DNA from: Terriglobia bacterium
Lineage (GTDB): Bacteria > Acidobacteriota > Terriglobia > 20CM-2-55-15
DNA length: 64,000 bases
Assembly (NCBI GenBank): GCA_963664115.2
Contig: CAXWPJ010000012.1
Span: 352,001-416,000, forward strand
Direction of reading: 5' to 3'
Part shown: positions 1-8,298 of the stretch, piece after piece
Numbering within the stretch: position 1 is the stretch's first letter
How the letters are laid out: the number at the start of each line of letters is the position of its first letter
Notes under the pieces: model-generated
What the model was told of the DNA's origin: nothing
The model's input: the letters and a program-made list of their open reading frames with translations, nothing else
The model's database searches: none
Program-made: the position numbers and the translations under genes

Positions 1-9
1 GAGAGTCTG

Positions 10-327
10 GTGTCCGGTATCGAAGCGTCTTCGACAGACATCTACAATCCGGCCTACGGGAGTTCTTCATCGATTGGGACCATCGGTAGTTCGTCAGACC
101 CTCGCATCGTCACGGTCAATGGCGACGCGACCTTCGGTCCTGGAACTGGAGTTGGCATCCTTCTGGTTCGAGGCACACTGCCAACGACCGGCAATTGCAG
201 TTGGGAGAGTTTAATGCTGGTGATCGGTCAGGGGGAACTGATCTGGAGCGGCGGTGGAAGCGGCCAAGTTCGAGGCGGCATTTTCATTGCCAAGACAGGC
301 GAACGGCATCCCTGCCGCGATACTTGA
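10..327 (+). CDS. C-terminal part of a PilX-like pilus-assembly protein (truncated by the window edge, 3' end possibly degenerate)
   Basis: Gly-rich beta motifs DPRIVTVNGDA..GxGxGILLVRG..LVIGQG..GGGSGQVRGGIFIA resemble the C-termini of acidobacterial PilX-type proteins. The true start lies upstream of the window. Confidence 0.4.
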   Translation: MSGIEASSTDIYNPAYGSSSSIGTIGSSSDPRIVTVNGDATFGPGTGVGILLVRGTLPTTGNCSWESLMLVIGQGELIWSGGGSGQVRGGIFIAKTGERHPCRDT

Positions 328-556
328 CCTCAAAAATTACGGCGCTTCAGACCGAATTATTTTGACGGCGTGACCACCAGTGCGGCTTGTGGATCACTTC
401 CAGTTCCGATTTGCTTTGAACAATCTCAGCCCGCCCTGTAGGCTACCTCACATACTGGAAGAGTCTTACCGATCAAGATTTGTACCAATTGAATCAACAC
501 TGCCTCAGATATTAAGCCGCGGCATGAGAAACACGGATCCTTCGGAGGAAACCCCG

Positions 557-1723
557 ATGAAACAAGCAATCGCACCTAAAATGCTCAAGACTCTGTTTCT
601 CGCGATCGTTATAGCGTTGTTTAGTTCACTGAGTTTCGCGGATTTTCATGGCTGGACAATTAGCGAGATTTACACCAACAGTGACGGTAACGTGCAATAT
701 ATCGAATTGTTTACGTCTCTTGAGGGCCAACAGAATATGGCAGGTCATGCCATCAGCGCATTTCAGGCTGACGGAACCGCAGGGCAGACTTTTATCTTTC
801 CATCAAACTTGTCCGGTGCGACGGCACAAAAAAGTCTCCTGATCGCAACAGAGGATTTTCAGGATCTGGCTGGAATCGCTCCCGATTTCATCTTGCCGAA
901 GGACTTTTTGTTTGCTGACGGCGGCCGCATCGATTTTGCTGGAGTGGATTCAGTGGAGTATGCCAACAGCCAATTACCCAAAAACGGAATTCAGGCTTTG
1001 GATGGAAATCTGTCACCTGTAGAGACAAGTCCAACTAATTTCTCTGGCGAAACGGCCACAGTTATCTCAGATATTACTGCTTCATTTGACAGTTCAACGT
1101 CGCAATTAAATTTGCCGGTTATCGATGTGCCTGGGATTGGCGTGGTCAGTGCCACGCTTTTACTGGTTAACGCGGACCCCCTTGAATTCAGGCTGGGGGA
1201 TTTTTATCTGTACGGTGACGGTATCGTCGCGGGCAGTTCTGCGGCGACATTCTTAGGGACTTCTTTATCTATCCCATCCGTCGACGTCGGTGGCGTGTAC
1301 TACGAAGTGACCTTGGGTCTGACCGATGGCGAGCTATTTGTCTTCGGCAATCTGCAAGTGCTGAGTGTCACAGACCCTGGGACCAATGGTGTTGTCGACG
1401 TGACCGGATTCTGGACTGGGGACTTCGTACTCGAAGTGCGGGGTGGCGAGAATGGCTTAACCGGTGGCACGATCGGGTTCTTTTTGACGCAGAACGGCAG
1501 CGCCGTATCGGGAATACAGACGGAGGATCAGGACGAGGGCGCGGACGACTCCGGCACCGTGTCCGGTTCAATCAACGGGAACACTCTCACGCTCGTGTGG
1601 CTGACCGACGACACCAGTGCGGATTGTGCGGTGTTCGAAGTGACGCTAGTCTTCACCGTTTCGGGCACGAGGCTGGTCTTGGCCGGCGCGTCAGGTCGGC
1701 TGTGCGATAGCGGAGAGGGCTAG
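557..1723 (+). CDS. Secreted hypothetical protein (N-terminal FHxWxIxExYxNxDG domain); probably continues into 1726-1917 via a frameshift
   Basis: GGAGGA RBS precedes ATG 557 and there is a signal peptide ending SLSFA. Acidic beta-rich sequence. The stop at 1721-1723 is followed immediately by a similar acidic reading frame. Confidence 0.65.
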   Translation: MKQAIAPKMLKTLFLAIVIALFSSLSFADFHGWTISEIYTNSDGNVQYIELFTSLEGQQNMAGHAISAFQADGTAGQTFIFPSNLSGATAQKSLLIATEDFQDLAGIAPDFILPKDFLFADGGRIDFAGVDSVEYANSQLPKNGIQALDGNLSPVETSPTNFSGETATVISDITASFDSSTSQLNLPVIDVPGIGVVSATLLLVNADPLEFRLGDFYLYGDGIVAGSSAATFLGTSLSIPSVDVGGVYYEVTLGLTDGELFVFGNLQVLSVTDPGTNGVVDVTGFWTGDFVLEVRGGENGLTGGTIGFFLTQNGSAVSGIQTEDQDEGADDSGTVSGSINGNTLTLVWLTDDTSADCAVFEVTLVFTVSGTRLVLAGASGRLCDSGEG

Positions 1724-1797
1724 GGATGCCATATTCGGGAGACCTAAGCGGAGAACTGGTGTTTGACGCCGACCAGTTGAGCGTTCCAATCGTAGAG

Positions 1798-1869
1798 AGC
1801 GATCCAGCTGAAGACAGCGACCCAGTTGAAGACAGCGATCCCGTCGGAGACAGCGATCCAGTCGAAGAC
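1798..1869 (+). repeat. 4 x 18-bp tandem repeat encoding (SDPxED)n
   Basis: agcgatccagctgaagac / agcgacccagttgaagac / agcgatcccgtcggagac / agcgatccagtcgaagac. Confidence 0.9.
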
Positions 1870-2223
1870 TACGTCGAGGCCGGATCTGCCCAAAGACTCC
1901 TGCGGCGAGAACGATAAGGGAGTGGGAAATGATTCCCCCAGGCGGTCTCCGCAGAGCGAAACAAATCCTCGGGGCTTGTCACGTCACGCTGCAGAGTGGC
2001 TTTTTCGCTTTTTCGCCGCCCTCTGCCCCGTCTGTGTAATTAGATTTCGGGTTTCGACTCCGCCGACACCGTCCCAAAAACGGACGGATTCTCCTTAAGT
2101 TGCTGAAATTATGCTTGCCGTAACCGCGAACTGCTTCCAATCGCCTACTAACACGCCCGATCGTGCCACGGGGATGTTAGAATCGGCCCCACGATCAAAC
2201 TTTCCCAGATTAAGGAGTGCGAA

Positions 2224-4335
2224 ATGAGGATGGCGAATGGCTTGTTCCGAATCGGTATCACGATAGCGGTATGCGCGCTTGCGGGCTTGCTGGCTGCAGC
2301 GTGTCAGCCGCAAGGTGGTTCCGGCACGGTTGAAATTGACGGCGACGATATTGGCGGTGTGGTGGCCAGTACGAACGGACCGGAAGCCGGCGTCTGGGTC
2401 ATCGCGGAAACTGACGATTTCGAAACGCGCTTTGTGCGGATCGTGGTGACCGACGATCAAGGCCGTTACGTCATCCCGGATCTTCCCGATGCCGACTACA
2501 GCATTTGGGTTCGGGGCTATGGACTCACGGATTCAACGAAGGTCGATGCCTCCCCGGGCGGAATGCTCGATCTTACTGCAGTCGTTGCACCGACTCCGGC
2601 GGCCGCCGCTGAATACTATCCGGCAAGCCACTGGTATTCGATGATGGGTCTACCCACTGAAGCCGAACTGGAAAAGGTGCAGGGCGGCCGGGACAGCTAC
2701 CTCTCCTGGATGAAAAACCAGGGCTGCATCGGTTGTCATCAGCTGGGCCAGAAATCCACGCGAACCATTCCCGAATCGCTGGGAGAGTTTGAGTCTTCGG
2801 CCGATGCCTGGCTGCGCCGGGTTCAATCCGGACAGGCCGGTGCGCAGATGGCCGGACAGGTGCAGGGTCGATTGCAGGGACTGCCGCTGAAGTACCTGGC
2901 GGAATGGACAGACCGCATTGCAGCAGGTGAGTTGCCGTCGACGGTGCCCGAACGCCCCTCCGGTGTTGAACGCAACGTGGTCGCCACGATCCGGGATTGG
3001 GGCAGCCCGTCTGTGTATATGCACGACCTGGTCTCTACCGACCGTCGCGATCCGACCGTCAACAGCTACGGCCGGATCTATGGTTCTCCTGAGCTCAGCA
3101 CCGATGACTTTCCTATCCTGGATCCGGTCGCCAACATCGACACGAATTTCAGGGCTCAAGTCCAGGACCCGGACACGCCGACGACGGCCAGCACCCTACC
3201 GTTAGAGCCATCACCATACTGGGGTGACGAAGTCATCTGGGACAGCCAGGCCAACTCACACAACGCAATGATCGATGAGACGGGCCGCGTCTGGTACACG
3301 GCGAGGGGCCGGGGTCCAACCAACCCCGATTTTTGTCAGGAAGGCTCAGACCACCCGTCGGCACAGTTCTTTCCGAACGGCCGCTCAAACCGGCAGCTGG
3401 CCCACTACATACCGGAAACCGGAGAATACACATTCGTCGATACCTGTTTCCAGACGCATCACCTCCAGTTTGCCGAGGACGCAAACGACACGCTTTGGAC
3501 CAGCGGTGGCGGTGCGGTCGTCGGCTGGTTCAACACGAAAATGTACGATGAAACCGGCGATGCCCAGGCATCTCAAGGCTGGGCCCCCATGATCCTCGAC
3601 ACCAACGGCAATGGCCGCCGGGACGACTACGTCGAGCCCGATGAGCCGGTCAACCCGGAACTCGACAAACGCATCGTCGCAAGCTTCTACGCGGTCATGC
3701 CGAACCCGGCCGACGGCTCGATCTGGGGATCGGTCAGTTTCCGGGTTCCCGGTTCGATTGTGCGGTTCGATCCCGAGACGATGCTCGGAGAAATCTACAA
3801 CGTGCCGCAGCCGGGCTTCGGCGTGCGGGGTGCCGACATTGACAGCAACGGTGTCGTCTGGGTATCGCTGGGCAGTGGACACCTCGGCGAATTCGACCGG
3901 AGCAAGTGTGCGGGACCGCTCAACGGCCCTGCCGCAACCGGGGACCATTGCCCGGAGGGCTGGACCTTCCATAATTTACCCGGACCGGGTTTCGACGACC
4001 TCCCGGAGTTCAGCGTGGAATCGAGCTATTACACCTGGGTCGATCAGCACAACACCTCGGGCCTGGGTGCGAACGTACCGATCGCTACGGGAAATCTGGC
4101 GGACGGCGTGCACGCCCTGGTGGACGGAGAGTTCGCAACTCTCCGGATTCCGTACCCGATGGGCTTTTACAGCAAGGGATTCGACGGACGGATCGATGAC
4201 CCGGACGCGGGCTGGAAGGGTCGTGGCCTGTGGGTGTCTGAAGGCGATCGGACTCCGTGGCTCATGGAAGGCGGTACGACGAATCGGCCGCTCGTCGTGC
4301 ACTTCCAGGTACGTCCAGACCCCCTGGCGAAGTAG
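2224..4335 (+). CDS. Lipoprotein with carboxypeptidase-regulatory-like domain, one heme c motif and a Vgb-like beta-propeller
   Basis: Lipobox LAAAC; TDDQGRYVIPDL transthyretin-like domain; CIGCH; propeller repeats (DETGRVWY, DSNGVVWV). Confidence 0.8.
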   Translation: MRMANGLFRIGITIAVCALAGLLAAACQPQGGSGTVEIDGDDIGGVVASTNGPEAGVWVIAETDDFETRFVRIVVTDDQGRYVIPDLPDADYSIWVRGYGLTDSTKVDASPGGMLDLTAVVAPTPAAAAEYYPASHWYSMMGLPTEAELEKVQGGRDSYLSWMKNQGCIGCHQLGQKSTRTIPESLGEFESSADAWLRRVQSGQAGAQMAGQVQGRLQGLPLKYLAEWTDRIAAGELPSTVPERPSGVERNVVATIRDWGSPSVYMHDLVSTDRRDPTVNSYGRIYGSPELSTDDFPILDPVANIDTNFRAQVQDPDTPTTASTLPLEPSPYWGDEVIWDSQANSHNAMIDETGRVWYTARGRGPTNPDFCQEGSDHPSAQFFPNGRSNRQLAHYIPETGEYTFVDTCFQTHHLQFAEDANDTLWTSGGGAVVGWFNTKMYDETGDAQASQGWAPMILDTNGNGRRDDYVEPDEPVNPELDKRIVASFYAVMPNPADGSIWGSVSFRVPGSIVRFDPETMLGEIYNVPQPGFGVRGADIDSNGVVWVSLGSGHLGEFDRSKCAGPLNGPAATGDHCPEGWTFHNLPGPGFDDLPEFSVESSYYTWVDQHNTSGLGANVPIATGNLADGVHALVDGEFATLRIPYPMGFYSKGFDGRIDDPDAGWKGRGLWVSEGDRTPWLMEGGTTNRPLVVHFQVRPDPLAK

Positions 4336-4379
4336 GACACGCTACGCGGCGCGGGGTTGACCATGAATCGGCGGGCGAG

Positions 4380-4412
4380 GGAAGGACACCGGATACTCAC
4401 AGGTGTCCTTCC
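4380..4412. repeat. Palindromic hairpin (REP-like element or terminator)
   Basis: ggaaggacacc-N11-ggtgtccttcc, a perfect 11-bp stem downstream of the 2224 gene. Confidence 0.6.
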
Positions 4413-4414
4413 GA

Positions 4415-4443
4415 TTGACCGGGCACCTGCGGTTATATAAGCT
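4415..4443 (+). promoter_or_regulatory. Putative sigma70 promoter of the SEC-C gene
   Basis: TTGACC-N17-TAAGCT. Confidence 0.5.
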
Positions 4444-4494
4444 TTATCGAACTTTGCGAATCTAGCGGATATTTAAGCGAGAGCGAGCGTCCTC

Positions 4495-4734
4495 ATGAAA
4501 ACACCCAAAGTTGGTCGGAACGATAGCTGCCCCTGTGCCAGTGGAAAGAAATACAAGCACTGTTGCGGCAAACCCTCCGCGGCGAATAACAACTCACGCT
4601 CCAAGCTAATCATGCTGGTCGTGGGCGGTTTACTCGCACTGGGAACCATCGGGTTCGTCAGGGCCCTTGCCACCAGCGAGCCGTCGGATACCCCCGCCGC
4701 GGTGTGGTCACCCGAACACGGCCACTATCATTAG
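4495..4734 (+). CDS. SEC-C metal-binding motif small membrane protein
   Basis: [20 protein letters not shown], one TM helix, C-terminal WSPEHGHYH. Confidence 0.85.
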   Translation: MKTPKVGRNDSCPCASGKKYKHCCGKPSAANNNSRSKLIMLVVGGLLALGTIGFVRALATSEPSDTPAAVWSPEHGHYH

Positions 4735-4856
4735 ACCCAGGGGTCCGTTCCCACCCCCAGAGGGTGACTCCACCGAGAAGACGCCCCGCGAGTGCAGGCC
4801 GCCGGCTGGAAATCAGTATTGAATTGAAATCTAGGACTGCGGTTGGACCCGGCCAA

Positions 4857-5777
4857 TCAGAAAAAGCGCTCCGCCTGATGGCTCCCGACGTACTCGGAAA
4901 GAAAGGTCTGATAGAGCTCTGACATTTTCCGGGTCAGCGTCCCGCCCCCAGCAGGAAACTCGATGACTTCGCCGCTCTGAAACTTCAGGCTTCTCACCGG
5001 CATTATCTCGCGCGTCGCGCTGGTAAGAAAACTCTCGCTGCCTTCCCTCATATCTCCGAGGCCCACAGCCGACTCGACATACTCGATTCCCCCTTCGCGA
5101 CAGAGACCCAGCAAGGTCTCTTTGGTCAGGCCGATCAGGTTGCCGGCACTCTGAAAGGGCGTTACCAGGCGATCTGCGATGACAAAGAATATGTTGCTGT
5201 TCGATGATTCCGTCGCCAAACCCTTTTCGTTGAGGAAAAGACAGTCATCGGCGTCGAGCCCCCTCGCTTCGATCACGCCCAGGACATTGTTGAGGTAGTT
5301 GCCACCCTTGATGTTCGGGTTCAACGCGTTCGACGGATTACGCCTGACGTTCGGAATCGCCAGGGTCACGCCCTCGGTATAGAACTTCGGATCCCAGACG
5401 GGGACTTCCTTGACCATGATCACAAAACGGCCCCGGAGCCCGGGCTCGGGAAACAACTCGACCGGACCGTCGCCCCGTGTCACGGTGTAGCGCACATAGA
5501 CATCCTCACCGGCTTCGGCCGCACCACTCGAAATAATCGTTTGGCGAATCTCTTCGAACAACTGGGCAGAGCTATAGGGGATGTCCATGTGAATCAACCG
5601 GGCAGAGTTTTCCAAACGCCTCCAGTGTTCCTCGAAGAGCAAGCCCACACCGGAATAAGTCCGGAACACTTCGTAGACAGAATCCCCGTAAAGAAATCCC
5701 CTGTCGGCTACAGGAATCCGCGCCTCGGAAAGAGGGGCAACGACTCCGTCGATGTTGGCTGTGCTGCGAACGGTCAT
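4857..5777 (-). CDS. Aminotransferase class IV (BCAT/D-amino acid aminotransferase/ADC lyase family)
   Basis: DRGFLYGDSVYE, HWRRL, IKGGNYLNN (PLP Lys), ESSNSNIF, FLTSATREI. Confidence 0.92.
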   Translation of the reverse strand: MTVRSTANIDGVVAPLSEARIPVADRGFLYGDSVYEVFRTYSGVGLLFEEHWRRLENSARLIHMDIPYSSAQLFEEIRQTIISSGAAEAGEDVYVRYTVTRGDGPVELFPEPGLRGRFVIMVKEVPVWDPKFYTEGVTLAIPNVRRNPSNALNPNIKGGNYLNNVLGVIEARGLDADDCLFLNEKGLATESSNSNIFFVIADRLVTPFQSAGNLIGLTKETLLGLCREGGIEYVESAVGLGDMREGSESFLTSATREIMPVRSLKFQSGEVIEFPAGGGTLTRKMSELYQTFLSEYVGSHQAERFF

Positions 5778-5779
5778 AT

Positions 5780-6784
5780 TTATCGAACAGTCCGGTTCTC
5801 GATCATACCTCGGACCAGTGACACGTCGTTGGTCCAGATACCCCCGTCATAGCCGGACGGAATCCGGGACAGGTCTTCCAATGTGTCCATCCCGGGTGAA
5901 ATTCCAGATCCGTACCTTCCGACTACGACAACCGAGCTCCCGGCCGCTTCCATACGATTCATGAAGCGATTGGGCCAGCCCCACAGGAAGGGCGCGATGT
6001 TAATCGGAACGTAGACGGGCATATTCCGACATGGGGAAGGAACATGGCCGGCCCAGCCAACCACAAAGTAGCGGATGAGGCAGCGACGGATAGAATCCAG
6101 AGAAAACGCCGGAACTTCGGAGAGGTCCTCTCTGAATGCCACTAATACGGCTTCCCGACCGAAGACAGTCAGCAAGCGACGTCTCGCGTCGGGAAATTGG
6201 GCGAGGCGACGGCCCAGCAGGGCACCGTCGCCGGGGTTGTTCGACTTGATATCCAAAAGGAATGATCGTCCGGGAAATGCATCAAATACCTGACGCATGG
6301 ATGGCATGGCCCCGACTCCCCGACCTCGAAACGGGAAAGTCAGTCCCCCGTCCGAGGTGTAACCGTAGCCAACATCCAGGGCTTGCAGCTCGTCAAGTGT
6401 ATGTTCCGAAGCCTGGCCGTGCCCGTCTGTGCGGCATTCCAGTCGCCGGTCATGAAAGACCGCCCACTGGTCATCACGGGTCAACTGGACGTCGAACTCG
6501 ACGACATCCGCACCCCGATCGAAAGCAGCCCCGATCGAGGAGATTGTGTTCTCGATGTAGTCGTGCGACGGCAGGGTCATACGCGCGGATTCGCACCCCC
6601 GGGGGGAGCCCTCTTCGTTTTCAAATTGCTGCGAAACCCCTCGGTGGGATAACACAGACGGCGATCCCGTTCTTGCGGTTGAACCCCGAGACGTATTGTT
6701 CGCGTAAACGAACAACAGGAACAGGGTCACGAAAGCGACCCCGCCTTTAAGTACTCGTCGTGACACTCGTCGCATGGCGAACAC
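5780..6784 (-). CDS. Glycerophosphodiester phosphodiesterase family protein
   Basis: SHRG, ENT, VEFDV, FHD, LDIK, GIWTND motifs; N-terminal anchor. Confidence 0.9.
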   Translation of the reverse strand: MFAMRRVSRRVLKGGVAFVTLFLLFVYANNTSRGSTARTGSPSVLSHRGVSQQFENEEGSPRGCESARMTLPSHDYIENTISSIGAAFDRGADVVEFDVQLTRDDQWAVFHDRRLECRTDGHGQASEHTLDELQALDVGYGYTSDGGLTFPFRGRGVGAMPSMRQVFDAFPGRSFLLDIKSNNPGDGALLGRRLAQFPDARRRLLTVFGREAVLVAFREDLSEVPAFSLDSIRRCLIRYFVVGWAGHVPSPCRNMPVYVPINIAPFLWGWPNRFMNRMEAAGSSVVVVGRYGSGISPGMDTLEDLSRIPSGYDGGIWTNDVSLVRGMIENRTVR

Positions 6785-6900
6785 GTCCCTGCTGCGATAA
6801 AACGCTCTGATTCTACATCTTCGGTCGACTAAATGACCCTCCGGCTGCGCCGAAGTAGTCTAGAATACGGAGGTTTATTATCCATAACTTAAAAGGACGA

Positions 6901-7191
6901 ATGATGATCTACACCCTATCCTTCCTGTTGATGCTCCAGTTAAACGGCAACACCGATACGTTCGACCTCGCCCGGCAATCCCGACAACTCGAGGCCGTCA
7001 AGATTTCCGAGACCATCACCAACCATGGCGATCGGAGCCAATCGGTATGGAACGGTCAGAGTTCCATCCCGTTTCGACCACTCAAATTCCGTGAACATGA
7101 CCTCCAGAGCTGGGGAGGCCACTTCCACCGCGGTCTCCCCAACGATGAGCGCGTTCGGGGCACCCACATCGCTTCGGAGAAACACCCATGA
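6901..7191 (+). pseudogene. Internally deleted remnant of a CBM9-like/DUF5916 gene
   Basis: LEAVKISETIT..G resembles FTAVRLTETESITLDG, and IPFRPLKF..QSWGGHFHR resembles IPFRTLNF..AWGINFQR of the 43512-45734 protein. The long segment between these motifs is missing. Confidence 0.55.
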
Positions 7192-8147
7192 ATGTGACAT
7201 CCCTGGACGCAGTCACCTACGGCGTCGACGCACTGCCGGCGGCGAAGACGTTTTGGAACGACTTTGGCCTGACTCTCCTTGACGAAGACGCCTCGCGGCT
7301 CTTGTTTGAGGCCCAGGACAAATCCACCGTCGAGGTCCGTCTGAGCAGCGACACTTCCCTGCCGGGGCCGATTGAAAAGGGCCCGGGAGTCCGGGAGTCA
7401 ATTTTCGGTGTGGCTTCCGAGGCAGATATGGCAGCCATCGAAGCAGAGCTATCCAAAGACCGGCCGGTGAGAAAAGATCCCGACGGCACACTTCACACGA
7501 TCGACCCACTCGGGTTTGGGGTCGGCTTTCGGGTGACGCGCTGCCAGAAGGTCACGGCCCCGGACCCGGAATTCAACATGCCCGGACGCGTGGGCCGTCT
7601 CAACGGTCGCGCAAAGTTCTACGAGTCTGCCCATCCCATGGAGATGACACATGTCGTCTTCATGGTCACGGATACACAGATCGAGATCGATTTTTATGTC
7701 AAGCGTCTGGGCTTCAAAGTAAGCGACAGCTATCCCGGTCTGGCCTACTTTCTGCGGGGCGGGGCGTCCAATAACCACCACAATCTCTTCTTACTGAATC
7801 CGGGAGGCAAGAGTGAAAAACTCGGATTCCATCACCTCGCCTTTGAAATGGCCAACATACACGAAATGTTCGGTGGAGGCCTGAACATGACGCGCAAGGG
7901 ATGGAAGACGATGCTGGGACCCGGACGCCACCCCATTTCCTCATGCTACTTTTGGTATTTCATAAACCCCTGCGGCGGCGGAGCCGAGTACGACTTCGAC
8001 TCCGACGTTGTCGATGAAAACTGGGTGCCTGGAGAGTTCGATCAGAAGCCGGAAGTATTTGCCGAGTGGTGCCTGGAAGCCGGCATGGAAGAGTCCCTCC
8101 TTTACAGAGGCGTTCAGACGGGCGACACGATCAAGGATTCGCAGTAG
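7188..8147 (+). CDS. VOC family protein, extradiol ring-cleavage dioxygenase-like
   Basis: Two VOC domains; candidate 2-His-1-Glu triad in MTHVVF, HHLAFE and AEYDFD; GPGRH..YF motif. Confidence 0.85.
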   Translation: MNVTSLDAVTYGVDALPAAKTFWNDFGLTLLDEDASRLLFEAQDKSTVEVRLSSDTSLPGPIEKGPGVRESIFGVASEADMAAIEAELSKDRPVRKDPDGTLHTIDPLGFGVGFRVTRCQKVTAPDPEFNMPGRVGRLNGRAKFYESAHPMEMTHVVFMVTDTQIEIDFYVKRLGFKVSDSYPGLAYFLRGGASNNHHNLFLLNPGGKSEKLGFHHLAFEMANIHEMFGGGLNMTRKGWKTMLGPGRHPISSCYFWYFINPCGGGAEYDFDSDVVDENWVPGEFDQKPEVFAEWCLEAGMEESLLYRGVQTGDTIKDSQ

Positions 8148-8241
8148 TGGTCAGCGCCTACGGTCGGAGCAGAGAGATCATCATGCTCGGTTTGATCGTT
8201 ATTCTTACGCTGACGCCTCGGCTGCTGCCTCGTTGTCCACC

Positions 8242-8269
8242 CGCACCGTCGGACCGGTGCGAGTTTTTT
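8242..8269 (+). terminator. Intrinsic terminator after the VOC gene
   Basis: cgcaccg-tcggac-cggtgcg followed by agtttttt. Confidence 0.65.
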
Positions 8270-8298
8270 CCGGAAGGGGCCGGACACTTCAGTCTAGT

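Noticed and set aside
1798-1869. Possible CRISPR array
   Set aside because: Contiguous 18-bp coding repeats with no spacers, and no cas genes.
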